In this document: positions 1-8,932 of the stretch, one piece after another
Layout: every line of letters starts with the position of its first letter
Position numbering within the stretch: position 1 is the stretch's first letter
Assembly (NCBI GenBank): GCA_018693315.1
Contig: JABHLR010000002.1
Span: 2,445-66,444, forward strand
Reading direction: 5' to 3'
Length of the DNA: 64,000 nt
Origin: an archaeon
GTDB taxonomy: Archaea; Nanobdellota; Nanobdellia; Pacearchaeales; GW2011-AR1
Position numbers and translations under genes: made by a program
The notes under the pieces: generated by a model
What the model was told of the DNA's origin: nothing
What the model saw: only the letters and a program-made list of their open reading frames with translations
The model's database searches: none

Positions 1-879
1 GCGAAGAATCAGAAGTTGCCGTATAAGAGGTATGAGATTTGTCGGGTTTTTAGGGATGAGCCGGTTTCTGCGAATAGGTTTCGGGAGTTTACTCAGTGTG
101 ATGCGGATATTGTTGGAGCGGGCGCTAAGGATGAGGCTGAAATGTTGAGTTTGGTTAAGAAGATTTTGGATGAGCTTGGAATTGCTTCTGTTATTTATTT
201 TAATAATCGGAAATTGTTGAATGAGATTATGGTTTCGGAGAATGTTGAGGAGCGGAATCGGGATAAGGTTATTCGGGAGCTGGATAAGCTGGATAAGCTT
301 TCTAAGAAAGAAGTTGCGGATAATTTGAAGAAGTTGGGGGCTGAGAAAATTTTGAAGGTTATTGATGGTAAGTTGGATAAGTTTAAGTTTTATGGCGAGA
401 TTAAGAATTTGAAAAAGTTGTGTAAGGCTTATGGTGTGAAGTTGGAGTTTTCACCGACGCTGGCTAGGGGATTGTCGTATTATAATGGGACCGTTTTCGA
501 GATTAAAGTTAAGGATTCTAAGGATTCGATTTGCGGCGGTGGGGCTTATTTGGTTGGGGATGTTCAAGCTTTTGGATTTGCGTTTGGGCTTGAGAGATTG
601 AGTGCTTTGTCTAATGTTGATGGAGATGGGACTAAGGTTCAGATTATTTCGATTGATGAGGATGAAGCTGCGATTGATTTGGCTTCTAAACTTAGAGAGA
701 AGGGGACTAGTGTTAATTTGATTTTGGATAAATCGATTGGGAAAGCTTTGGATTATGCGAATGCTAAGGGTGTTGGGAAAGTTGTTTTTGTTGGGAAGGA
801 AGAAGTTAAGAAAGGGAAGTTTAAGGTTAAGGATATGAAGAGTGGTGAGGAGAAGTTTGTTTCTGGGGATAAGATTTAG
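1..879 (+). CDS. hisS: Histidyl-tRNA synthetase (5'-truncated by window)
   Basis: Class II motif 2 (FRDEP..NRFREFTQCDAD), ARGLSYYNG, motif 3 GFAFGLER, C-terminal anticodon-binding domain. Confidence 0.95.
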   Translation, partial: AKNQKLPYKRYEICRVFRDEPVSANRFREFTQCDADIVGAGAKDEAEMLSLVKKILDELGIASVIYFNNRKLLNEIMVSENVEERNRDKVIRELDKLDKLSKKEVADNLKKLGAEKILKVIDGKLDKFKFYGEIKNLKKLCKAYGVKLEFSPTLARGLSYYNGTVFEIKVKDSKDSICGGGAYLVGDVQAFGFAFGLERLSALSNVDGDGTKVQIISIDEDEAAIDLASKLREKGTSVNLILDKSIGKALDYANAKGVGKVVFVGKEEVKKGKFKVKDMKSGEEKFVSGDKI

Positions 880-880
880 T

Positions 881-1372
881 TTATCCTCTTCTTTTCCCTA
901 TAGGATTTTTTTTATCGTGTTTTACTTTAGAACTTTTTGGTATATGAATTGCGTCTGGATTTGTGGTTTGCCCTCTTGTTCTTGCCATGACCTCTAGGGC
1001 ACTTCCTGCATCTGCGGGTAATTCTACTTCTGTTTTTTCTGGTTCGACTATTGATTCCATGGATGGACTATATTTATGATCATCACTACTTGGTTCAATA
1101 TAGATAAGCACTGCCCCAAGCCTATTGTAGACAAACTCATCTCTTCGCGTATTGAACACTGCCTTTTGATAATCCCTATCAACTAGATCTCTTCTTTTGT
1201 GGTCGGCAAACATTTTTGCGACATCTGGATGAACTGGGATTGCTCTTGGTAATGGGGTGTCTCTTCCGTCTTTGCCGGTTTTGACCCATTTTTTTGGATC
1301 ATTTGCTGTTCCTCTGAAAGTATAATCTGCTCCTTCTGGGGTATAAATCATAACCTTATCTTTGTCTGCCAT
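881..1372 (-). CDS. Hypothetical protein
   Basis: 163-aa ORF with a TATA-like element upstream; no recognised motif. Confidence 0.6.
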   Translation of the reverse strand: MADKDKVMIYTPEGADYTFRGTANDPKKWVKTGKDGRDTPLPRAIPVHPDVAKMFADHKRRDLVDRDYQKAVFNTRRDEFVYNRLGAVLIYIEPSSDDHKYSPSMESIVEPEKTEVELPADAGSALEVMARTRGQTTNPDAIHIPKSSKVKHDKKNPIGKRRG

Positions 1373-1403
1373 GCCTTTTTTTGTGAATTGTTCTTTATAA
1401 GAA

Positions 1404-2210
1404 TTATTGTGTTTCTATGTCTATGTTTTCTGCCTCTATGAAACCTAGTTCTTGTTCGAGTTCTTTGAGTTCGTCGTCGTGGATTTTCATTGTTAGGTGG
1501 ATATCTTGGAAGTGAATTGGCTGTCTTAGGAAAATTTTTCCATTGTTTGAAAGATGGAGCATTGGGACGAAGCTGCTGAGTTTTTCTTCTTTTGATGGAG
1601 CGAGGTGTGTGAATTTCATGTGGGCGTTTCCGTTTTTAATGTGATTGTCTACGATACCGAAGATTGATTTTATTCTGACTTTTAATGGGACGAAGGATCC
1701 TTTTGGCATAACTGTTAGTGCAGATTTTTGGGCTTGGCGCCCTTTGATTTCTTTTTTGATTCTTCTGTTTTCTGTGTTGATTGCGTGATCAAGTGCTTTC
1801 ATTAGTTCTTTTAATGTTACTTTTTTGTGACGTGCCATTGGGGTTCGTGGGGTTAGTGTTGGCAATTCGTTTTCGTCGATGAATATTTTTTCCATTTCAT
1901 ATCGCTTTTCGTCGCGATTGCCGTAGAGTGCGTCGTTTAAATCTTGGATGTAGGAATTGATTAGGATTTCGGATTTTAGTCTTAAGAGGAGTGAGCATGC
2001 CAGGAGGACTTTTGATGAGATGAAAAAATCGGCTTCTTCGAGTTGTTGGATTGTTTCGACATATTTGTCTGCTAGTTTTCCGAGGTCGATGTCCCATGGG
2101 TCTAGTTGTTCTGTTTTGATTAGGTCGTAAATTATTCCTTGCCAGCCGAGCTCTTCGCCTGATATTAGGTTGAAGAACTGGTCTTGGTTAATTCTGTTAT
2201 CACCTTCCAT
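1404..2210 (-). CDS. scpA: Segregation/condensation protein A (kleisin)
   Basis: LDPWDIDL..LADKY, LLRLKSE, VTLKELMKAL, C-terminal winged helix (F..LHL...GKI.L.Q). Confidence 0.9.
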   Translation of the reverse strand: MEGDNRINQDQFFNLISGEELGWQGIIYDLIKTEQLDPWDIDLGKLADKYVETIQQLEEADFFISSKVLLACSLLLRLKSEILINSYIQDLNDALYGNRDEKRYEMEKIFIDENELPTLTPRTPMARHKKVTLKELMKALDHAINTENRRIKKEIKGRQAQKSALTVMPKGSFVPLKVRIKSIFGIVDNHIKNGNAHMKFTHLAPSKEEKLSSFVPMLHLSNNGKIFLRQPIHFQDIHLTMKIHDDELKELEQELGFIEAENIDIETQ

Positions 2211-2241
2211 TATGTGAGGATGGAGATGTAGTTAATAAGAT

Positions 2242-2319
2242 TTCCTGTGGTGGAGAATAACTTTTCGCGGCCTTAACCTTTTGGTTATCTTGGGTCTTAT
2301 ACGAGATAAGTTACAGGAA
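2242..2319 (+). repeat. Structured repeat copy 1 (family C)
   Basis: aataact-ttcg-gccttaacc-loop-ggttatctt-gggtcttatacga-aagtt; related copy at 3177-3237; closed by ttcctgt/acaggaa. Confidence 0.75.
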
Positions 2320-2382
2320 TATGAACCCCGGGAGGTGCGACGAATCACAAAGATTATTAAAGATTGGGCTAATTGTTATTCT

Positions 2383-3117
2383 ATGAAAAAGGTGATTGAC
2401 TTCAATAAAGAACCTCTTGGTCTATATACAGAAGAACAGATAAAAAAGAATTTTGACAATCCAAAGATTGCAACAACAAATGTTGGACCAGAAATTGTTA
2501 AGGATGGAGAAAGAAAAGTTTTAATGTTGCCATTCAAGAAAGGAAAACATGGTAAAGAAGACAAAGCAAGTTGGATTATGAAACTTGATAAAAGCTATGA
2601 GACCATATATTGCCAATACAAAGTAAAATTTGAGAATGGCTTTGATTGGAAATTGGGTGGGAAATTGCCAGGATTTGGCGGAGGAGATAAGCCTGCAGGA
2701 GGAAGACATTCTGATAAGGGCTTTACTTCAAGAATCATGTGGAGAGAGAAGGGGACTATGCACCAGTATGTTTATCATCCAAAAGATGAAGCTCATTATG
2801 GCACCGGTTTTTGGTGGCATAATATGATGTCTAAGAAAATGGAAAGATTAAAATTCATACCTGGAAAATGGCACACTATAAAAATGAAGATTAAGATGCA
2901 TAATAATTGGGAAGACCCTGGATATATTGTATGTTGGCTTGATGGAAAATTAGCACTTCGTCAAGATGTCAAGTTAAGGGCAAAAAATTCAAAAGAATAT
3001 GGTATTGAATTGTTCCTATTTACAGTATTTTTCGGTGGAGCTGAGGAACGTTTTGCACCTGACAAGGATTCCAAGATTTATTTTGATGATTTTATAATTT
3101 CTGATAAAGAGATATAA
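2383..3117 (+). CDS. Polysaccharide lyase family 14-like protein
   Basis: Y.VKFENGFDW..GGKLPG, SRIMWR, W.DG, FFGG motifs; ATG 2383 lies ~22 nt after a TATA-like ttattaaa. Confidence 0.75.
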   Translation: MKKVIDFNKEPLGLYTEEQIKKNFDNPKIATTNVGPEIVKDGERKVLMLPFKKGKHGKEDKASWIMKLDKSYETIYCQYKVKFENGFDWKLGGKLPGFGGGDKPAGGRHSDKGFTSRIMWREKGTMHQYVYHPKDEAHYGTGFWWHNMMSKKMERLKFIPGKWHTIKMKIKMHNNWEDPGYIVCWLDGKLALRQDVKLRAKNSKEYGIELFLFTVFFGGAEERFAPDKDSKIYFDDFIISDKEI

Positions 3118-3128
3118 TTTTTTAATTA

Positions 3129-3397
3129 GGGCACCACACCGTTCAGTCGCTTCCCGTTGGAGCTTTCTAAAAATATAATAACTCGTTCGTTGCCTTAACC
3201 TCTTTGGGTTATCTTCGGGCTTACACGAATTAGAGTTTCATAACAGCTCATTCGCCCTCCGCAGGAGTAAACCCTGCCACTTTTTCTTTGAAAAAGTTGA
3301 GACGTGAACTTTCGAAGAAATTTCACGTTAGGTTTAGAATTTTCGTAGAAAATTATAAACCCTAGGAGCGACAATAAAGCGATATAAATATGTGCCT
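3129..3397 (+). ncRNA. Candidate unclassified structured RNA (~270 nt) containing family C repeat copy 2
   Basis: Terminal ggcac/gtgcc and gtcgct/agcgac pairings enclose about five stem-loops; G.U pairs favour the + strand; lies between convergent genes. Confidence 0.5.
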
Positions 3398-3498
3398 CAT
3401 TGTCATCTCCTGGGGAAAAAGAGGTGATAGTATAACTAACCAGTAATACTTTTTAAAGGTTTCGGTTCTGTTGTAATTGGTGAGTGACACCAGTAGAA

Positions 3499-3735
3499 TT
3501 ACTTTTTAGCTTCTAGTTTGATTTCGACTTCTTTCTTGTCGAATTCTGTGAAGTGGCATCGTCCGCAGTATGATCTGCCTTTTCCTGTGGATAGAAAAAT
3601 TCCTGGTCCGCATCTTGGGCAGCTTCGTGCTTTCTTTACTATTTTATCGCCTTCAACTGTGTACTTTTTGTATTTTACAGAAGTTGGTTTGTTAACGTGT
3701 TTCTTCTTACCTTTGATTTTCGATTTGATTGCCAT
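3499..3735 (-). CDS. rps27ae: 30S ribosomal protein S27ae (eS31)
   Basis: CPRCGPG.F...R.YCGRC zinc ribbon; conserved operon. Confidence 0.95.
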   Translation of the reverse strand: MAIKSKIKGKKKHVNKPTSVKYKKYTVEGDKIVKKARSCPRCGPGIFLSTGKGRSYCGRCHFTEFDKKEVEIKLEAKK

Positions 3736-4187
3736 TATTCTGCTTTCTCCTCTGCTTTAGGTTCTTCTGCTGGAGCTTCTTCTGGTTTAGGTTCTTCAGT
3801 TTTTTCTTCAGTTGGAGCTTCTGCTTCTGGAGTTGGTTCTGCAGCTGCTGCTTCTTCTGCTGCCTTTGCTTCTGCTGCGGCTTTTTCTTCTTTTGCCTTA
3901 GCTTCTGCTGCAGTTTTTTCTTCAGCTTCCATTTTCTTTTTAACTTTTTGTGGGATTACTTCTACGTGTTTTTTTGCTTCTGCGTTGTTATAAACTACTG
4001 CTTCAGCGACGAAAGTTTGTCTTCCGAAATTTGTGTTGATTTTTTTTACTATTGTTAATCCTGCGTCTTTCCCGATTGCTTCTTTTACTTCATCGTAAGT
4101 TGGCGTAGTTGGATTTTTAATTTCTATTGTAATTTCTTCTCTTTCTAGGAATGGATTTTTTGTTTGGGTGATTATTTTGCTTTCCAT
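3735..4187 (-). CDS. rps24e: 30S ribosomal protein S24e with Ala/Glu/Pro-rich tail
   Basis: NPFLEREE, TP, I.TNFG motifs; operon context. Confidence 0.9.
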   Translation of the reverse strand: MESKIITQTKNPFLEREEITIEIKNPTTPTYDEVKEAIGKDAGLTIVKKINTNFGRQTFVAEAVVYNNAEAKKHVEVIPQKVKKKMEAEEKTAAEAKAKEEKAAAEAKAAEEAAAAEPTPEAEAPTEEKTEEPKPEEAPAEEPKAEEKAE

Positions 4188-4188
4188 T

Positions 4189-4380
4189 TTATTTTGATTT
4201 GATTGCGAATTCGCCGTCGCTATTTATTTTCATGTTTTCAGCCATTTCGGATTTCTCTGAGTCGAAAATGTGAATTCGCCCTTTGAATGATTCGCTTGCT
4301 GGAGTTTCTCCGCAGTTTGGGCATTTGTCGCCGAAGTAGATTGTTCTACAATTTAAACAGGATTTTTCTTTAGCTGCCAT
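4189..4380 (-). CDS. spt4: Transcription elongation factor Spt4 (RpoE'')
   Basis: CxxC..CPxC, SE.A....I...G.FAIK. Confidence 0.92.
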   Translation of the reverse strand: MAAKEKSCLNCRTIYFGDKCPNCGETPASESFKGRIHIFDSEKSEMAENMKINSDGEFAIKSK

Positions 4381-4982
4381 TATTTCTTTGCTACCTTTTT
4401 AGCTGCTTTAGCTTCGAGAGCTGCGGATTGCTCGGCTTGTTTTGCGTTTTTAATTTTTTCTTCTTTTACCCAGTCTAGTTTTCCTAAACCTGGTTGCCTC
4501 ATTGTTAGACCGATTTTTGGTTCTTCGCCTTTATATGAGATTGCTACTATTCGTGCTACGCATTTGTCGCCTTGTGTCAAGATTTTCTTTCCGTCTTTTC
4601 CTGTTAGAACTCCAGTGTCTGAATATGAAACGAAGTCGTCCATTGTTTGCGATATGTGGATCATTCCTCTGATCGGGCCCATGGAAATGAAAGCTCCGAA
4701 GTTTGTGATTTCTTCTATTGTTCCGTAGATTAATTCTTGTAATTCTGGTTTGAATACAATTAGTTTGAAAGTTGATTCGTAGTAAGCTGCGCCGTCGCCT
4801 GGGATAATGATACCTTCTTTGACTTCCATGACGTCGAGAACTGATACTACTGTTCCTATATCCTTGTCTTGGAAACCTGAGTAGGACTCTTCCAACTGTG
4901 CTCGGACAGCCGCGTCAGTATCCATGCCAAACTTGTTTGGCTCTACTCTTACATGATCAGTTACTAGAACTTCATAGAACAT
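4380..4982 (-). CDS. rpoE1: RNA polymerase subunit E' (Rpo7)
   Basis: IIPGDGAAY, S1 domain FGAFI.MGP..GMIHISQ, KIGLTMRQPGLGK. Confidence 0.97.
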   Translation of the reverse strand: MFYEVLVTDHVRVEPNKFGMDTDAAVRAQLEESYSGFQDKDIGTVVSVLDVMEVKEGIIIPGDGAAYYESTFKLIVFKPELQELIYGTIEEITNFGAFISMGPIRGMIHISQTMDDFVSYSDTGVLTGKDGKKILTQGDKCVARIVAISYKGEEPKIGLTMRQPGLGKLDWVKEEKIKNAKQAEQSAALEAKAAKKVAKK

Positions 4983-5019
4983 ATCTTACTGAGAAAAATT
5001 TGCTTTAAAAACCTTATGC

Positions 5020-5403
5020 TTAGATTAATTCGAGGTTGTTTTTGCCGCGAATTGTGAGGATTTTGTTATTTACTCGGGATTTTAGGTTTCTGTCGAGTGT
5101 TGCTAGAACGATGTCTGTGCCTAGGATGTAATTTACGATTTTGATGTCGACGTTTGGGTTTCTTTCTGGGAGCTGAATTACTTCTGGTTTTATTGCTTCT
5201 ATAATTTCGAAGGCTAATCTTGCGGCATGTCTATTTATTCTTTTCATTCCGTGTCTATCTTTTAGTGCGCCGAGTTCGTTGAGGACATCTTGTGGGACTA
5301 TCCATTCTATTTCTTTGTCGATGACTTGCTCGGCTATGTTTGGGAAGTCGATTTTTTGTTTCGCGCATGTTAGGACGAAGTTTGTGTCGAGTAGGATTTT
5401 CAT
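5020..5403 (-). CDS. PIN-domain protein (Fcf1/Utp24-like)
   Basis: ILLDTNF, V..EL, VD..I, LATLD; usual position upstream of rpoE'. Confidence 0.85.
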   Translation of the reverse strand: MKILLDTNFVLTCAKQKIDFPNIAEQVIDKEIEWIVPQDVLNELGALKDRHGMKRINRHAARLAFEIIEAIKPEVIQLPERNPNVDIKIVNYILGTDIVLATLDRNLKSRVNNKILTIRGKNNLELI

Positions 5404-5453
5404 AATGTTGTTAGTTTGACAAGATTTATATAAGTTAGCTTCTTGAGTTGAAT

Positions 5454-6017
5454 ATGAAAGAGGTTGGTAATGTTCTTCGGATACTGAAAGAGACGAAGCG
5501 ACTTGTTGAGGAGGATAATTCGCATGCGTTGAAGGCTTTGTCGAATCAGACGATTCATTCTGCTATGGTTGCGCAGGATGGGGATAATATTGTTGTTGCG
5601 GTTTTGGTTTATTCTTTGGGGAAGGTTTTGGAGCGTGGGCATTATCGTGAGCTTGAGGGTTGGGCTGAGTTTTATGATGTTGTGAATAAGAATTTGAATT
5701 TGGCGATTAAGGCTCTTGAAAAAAATAATGTTGATAATGTGCGTGTTTATTTGGGGAGAATTAGAAATTCTTTGAATAAGTTTGATGGATATTTGGGTGA
5801 GTATATTAAGGATGTTTTTAAGAAGGCCGAGGTTAATAAGGCGTTTAAGATGTATGAGCATGGTTTGTCGACGGAGGCTACGGCGAATTTGTTGGGAGTG
5901 AGTCTTTGGGATTTGTCTTCGTATATTGGGCAGTCGCATATTGGTGATGCTCATGTTGCGATTACGATGCCAGTTGCTGAGAGGGTGAAAATTGCGGAGG
6001 GGATTTTTGAAGAATGA
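5454..6017 (+). CDS. Hypothetical helical protein with C-terminal HTH-like segment
   Basis: GLS.EATANLLGVS.W; ATGA-coupled to the downstream PIN-like gene. Confidence 0.6.
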   Translation: MKEVGNVLRILKETKRLVEEDNSHALKALSNQTIHSAMVAQDGDNIVVAVLVYSLGKVLERGHYRELEGWAEFYDVVNKNLNLAIKALEKNNVDNVRVYLGRIRNSLNKFDGYLGEYIKDVFKKAEVNKAFKMYEHGLSTEATANLLGVSLWDLSSYIGQSHIGDAHVAITMPVAERVKIAEGIFEE

Positions 6018-6688
6018 AATACCTAATTTTTGATGCGGGGCCGATAATTTCTTTGACGATGAATGGGATGTTGCCGATTATTGAGAAGTTGAAAAGCGTT
6101 TTCCTGGGTGAGTTTATTTTGACGCCGCAGGTTAAGAAAGAGGTTGTTGATAAGCCGATGAAGATTAAGAAATTTAAGTTGGAGGCTGTGAGGGTTCGGG
6201 ATATGATTGAGCGCGGTGTGTTTAAGATGTCGTCTGATGTTATTCCTGATGATAGGTTGAATAATGAGACGAAGCGGATTTTGAAAACTGTGAATGGGGT
6301 TTTGAGGACGACGGCGACTGGGGAGAAGATGAAGATTATTCAGGATGGTGAGGCTGCGTGTATGGCGTTTGCGAAATTGTGTAAGTGTGATAATGTGATT
6401 GTGATTGATGAGAGGACTGCGAGGATGTTGGTTGAGGCGCCGCATGATTTGGAGAAGTTGATGGAGAAGAAATTGCATACGCCGTTGGATGCTGAGTTGA
6501 GTTTGTTGGATGGGTTTAAGGGGATTAAGTTTATTCGGTCGGCTGAGCTTTTGTTTGTTGCTTTTAAGAAGGGTTTGATTCCGATTAAGAAGAGTGCGGA
6601 TTTGTTGGATGGGTTGCTTTATGGTGTGAAGTTTAAGGGTTGTGCGATTAGTTCTGGTGAGATTGAAGAAATGAAAAAACTAATTTAA
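6014..6688 (+). CDS. PIN-like domain protein
   Basis: LIFDAGPIISL, V..EVV, GEAAC, VIDERTAR. Confidence 0.7.
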   Translation: MKYLIFDAGPIISLTMNGMLPIIEKLKSVFLGEFILTPQVKKEVVDKPMKIKKFKLEAVRVRDMIERGVFKMSSDVIPDDRLNNETKRILKTVNGVLRTTATGEKMKIIQDGEAACMAFAKLCKCDNVIVIDERTARMLVEAPHDLEKLMEKKLHTPLDAELSLLDGFKGIKFIRSAELLFVAFKKGLIPIKKSADLLDGLLYGVKFKGCAISSGEIEEMKKLI

Positions 6689-6793
6689 GTGTCAATTTCT
6701 TGATAAAATTCTCCTTATGTATAAACATACACTGCGTCGAATTTTATGCTTCGAAATTGCCTGCTTAAATTAATTTTTTGAAGTTGGTTTAAA

Positions 6794-6921
6794 TTAAATG
6801 GGCGCAGGAGGAATTTTTTATTCGCAATTTGCATTTCGTAAAATATTAATTAATTAATTTTACTCAAAGCGAATTGCTCACCCCCACCGAGGTATGCGTT
6901 AAATGGGCGCAGGAGGAATTT
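6794..6921 (-). repeat. 23-bp duplication of tRNA-Trp 3' end enclosing a family A hairpin
   Basis: ttaaatgggcgcaggaggaattt at 6794-6816 and 6899-6921. Confidence 0.9.
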
Positions 6922-6974
6922 AACCCCCACCTCCCGGGCTGGAGCCGGGTAGACTAACATTATCCGATGCACCC
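6904..6974 (-). tRNA. tRNA-Trp(CCA), no intron
   Basis: Cloverleaf GGGUGCA/UGCGCCC-A; anticodon arm CCCGG-CUCCAGC-CCGGG; T arm GGGGG-UUAAAUU-CCUCC. Confidence 0.88.
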
Positions 6975-7061
6975 AATAAAGAAGATAGAGTCTTTCCGTT
7001 TTTAAAGTTAAGTACTTTCTTTTCCCAATACTTTTATAAATAAGTTTATCTTAACTTTAGC

Positions 7062-7547
7062 ATGGTGAAAAAGGTGGTGAAGAAGACTGTCACTGAAACT
7101 ATCAATGATGATGGTTCCAGGAAGACTGTTGTTAAGGAGCATGCGCCGAAGGAAGTTGTGAAGAAGAAGCCTGCTGTGAAAAAAAAGAAGATGACGGCGA
7201 GGGAGCGGGAAGAGTTATTGATTGAGAATTTTGTTGGGCTTCAGCATGCTATGACGAATATGTCGATTAAGTTTGGTTCTTTGTCTGATAATATTAGTAA
7301 GTTGTTGCAGGTTTTTGAGGAGTCGGCGAAGAATTTTGTTTCTGGTGGAAAGAGTGATGATAGGGATATGTTGAAGAAGATTGATTCATTGTTGAACCAA
7401 AATAAGACGATTGCTAAGGGTTTGGTTTTGATGGAGGGGAAGTTGAGGGGGAGATCTGAGGAGCCGAAGGCGATACCACCTAGGGTGGAAATGAAGCCTA
7501 GGACGGAAGCACCTCAAATGAGACCCAGGCCACTTCCAAGCGCATGA
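7062..7547 (+). CDS. Hypothetical coiled-coil protein
   Basis: ORF with upstream TATA (ttttataaat); heptad-like core. Confidence 0.65.
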   Translation: MVKKVVKKTVTETINDDGSRKTVVKEHAPKEVVKKKPAVKKKKMTAREREELLIENFVGLQHAMTNMSIKFGSLSDNISKLLQVFEESAKNFVSGGKSDDRDMLKKIDSLLNQNKTIAKGLVLMEGKLRGRSEEPKAIPPRVEMKPRTEAPQMRPRPLPSA

Positions 7548-8221
7548 GTTCTGTAGATGTTTCTATGATAGCCGCTGATCCATTTATTAGTAAATTTGTT
7601 TTTGCGATTATCCAAAATATTCGTGCCAAGAATTTTGATTATGATGACCGGCATGTGATTCACGCTGACATGGTTCCGAGAGCTTCTGAGAGGGTCATAC
7701 ATGCTTCGCTTGGGGAAAAGATCACTAGAAGGGTTCCTGCTATGGCTCCTGCTGTTCGGAAGAGAGATATGAGTGCTTTGGTCGCTCCGATTGCTAGGCC
7801 GAGGATGAGAGCGCCGATTCAGCAAGTTGCTCCCCCTGTTCAGGCTCAGACGATGGCTCCACCTATTCAGCAAGCTGCCCCAATTGTTCCGCAGGGTATG
7901 CCGCCTGGGTTGACTCAGGATTATGGGAAGATTACTCCTTTGTTGAATGATCCTTCGATTTCTACGATTGAGTGTCAGGGTCCAGGAAAGCCGGTGATGA
8001 TTATTCGGGCTGGGCAGAAGCAGGTGACGAAGATTGTTTTGAGCGGGAAAGATATTAAGGAAGTTTTGGATAAGGTTTCGGATGCTGCGCATATTCCTTT
8101 GCTTGAGGGTGTGTTTCGTGCGGCTGTTGATAATTTTTCTATTAATGCTGTGATTTCTGAGATGATTGGTTCGCGGTTTGTGATTAAGAAGCAGACGGCT
8201 TATGCAATGCTGGAGCGGTAG
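7544..8221 (+). CDS. Protein with Pro/Gln-rich linker and a domain like the N-terminus of VirB11/FlaI-type secretion ATPases (no ATPase domain)
   Basis: YGKITPLLNDPSISTIEC.GPGKPV; no Walker A. Confidence 0.6.
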   Translation: MSSVDVSMIAADPFISKFVFAIIQNIRAKNFDYDDRHVIHADMVPRASERVIHASLGEKITRRVPAMAPAVRKRDMSALVAPIARPRMRAPIQQVAPPVQAQTMAPPIQQAAPIVPQGMPPGLTQDYGKITPLLNDPSISTIECQGPGKPVMIIRAGQKQVTKIVLSGKDIKEVLDKVSDAAHIPLLEGVFRAAVDNFSINAVISEMIGSRFVIKKQTAYAMLER

Positions 8222-8251
8222 GCTTAAAAGATATAATTTGATTATTTATTT

Positions 8252-8533
8252 ATGGAAGATAAGATTACGCCCGAGAAGCTTGAGAAATATTTTGATTTGA
8301 CTAGTCGGGCTTTGGCTGAGGTTAAAGAGAATATAATTTCTGGAAGAGAGGTTGATGCTAAAGAGATTGTTGATATGGTTTCTAATTATTTGTCAGATGC
8401 TAAGCACTTTGAGGGTAAGGGGGATTTTATTAATGCTTTTGCGGCTTTGAATTATGCGCATGGGTGGTTAGATTCTGGGGTTCGATTGAAGGTTTTTGAT
8501 GTTACGGACGATAAGTTATTTACAGTCTGTTGA
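8252..8533 (+). CDS. DUF357 protein
   Basis: Y.SDA.HF...GD..NAFAALNYAHGWLD.G. Confidence 0.9.
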   Translation: MEDKITPEKLEKYFDLTSRALAEVKENIISGREVDAKEIVDMVSNYLSDAKHFEGKGDFINAFAALNYAHGWLDSGVRLKVFDVTDDKLFTVC

Positions 8534-8857
8534 TACTGATAGAACTCTTTTTAGAAAGTTTACATAGAGTTCTTGTGGAACTTCCTCTGGGCTTTTTCCC
8601 TTAAATTCTGGAACTAGTCTAGAAAGCTCCTTCCATCCTTTTGTGCCTCCGTCGTTTGCTAGTTTTTCTAATACTGCTTGTGGACCTGCGCCGTTTCCTT
8701 GATATTCTAAAGAATAATGCTCTCCTCTGTATTCGAACGTAACTTTCCCATCTTTTGCTTCGGCCAAGAAATTAAAGCCATGTAGTCCTCCGAACGTATT
8801 GAATTCTTCCGCTGTTCTTTGGGCGTAGCGCTCTGAATCTTGTTGGGCTTGACTCAT
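8516..8857 (-). CDS. Hypothetical protein
   Basis: 113-aa ORF; no motif recognised. Confidence 0.55.
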   Translation of the reverse strand: MSQAQQDSERYAQRTAEEFNTFGGLHGFNFLAEAKDGKVTFEYRGEHYSLEYQGNGAGPQAVLEKLANDGGTKGWKELSRLVPEFKGKSPEEVPQELYVNFLKRVLSVSTDCK

Positions 8858-8932
8858 ATAATTATAGGTTTTTGAAGTTAATAATATTTACTATACCAGA
8901 ATGTATATAAATTGGGTTTGTCTTTTTGGGTT

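Noticed and set aside
2242-2340. Purine or guanidine-I riboswitch
   Set aside because: Only short word matches (cgtataa, cccgggagg); the core motifs are absent and the element lies upstream of the TATA boxes.
2242-3250. Integron attC cassette
   Set aside because: The ends do not fit RYYYAAC/GTTRRRY well, and the recombinase shows no evident IntI-specific insertion.
3129-3397. Assignment as RNase P RNA, SRP RNA or group I intron
   Set aside because: Only fragments resemble these (cagtcgc, gggcttac, gcgactgaacg). The universal RNase P CR-I/CR-V, SRP helix 8 and group I S element were not found in the right order.
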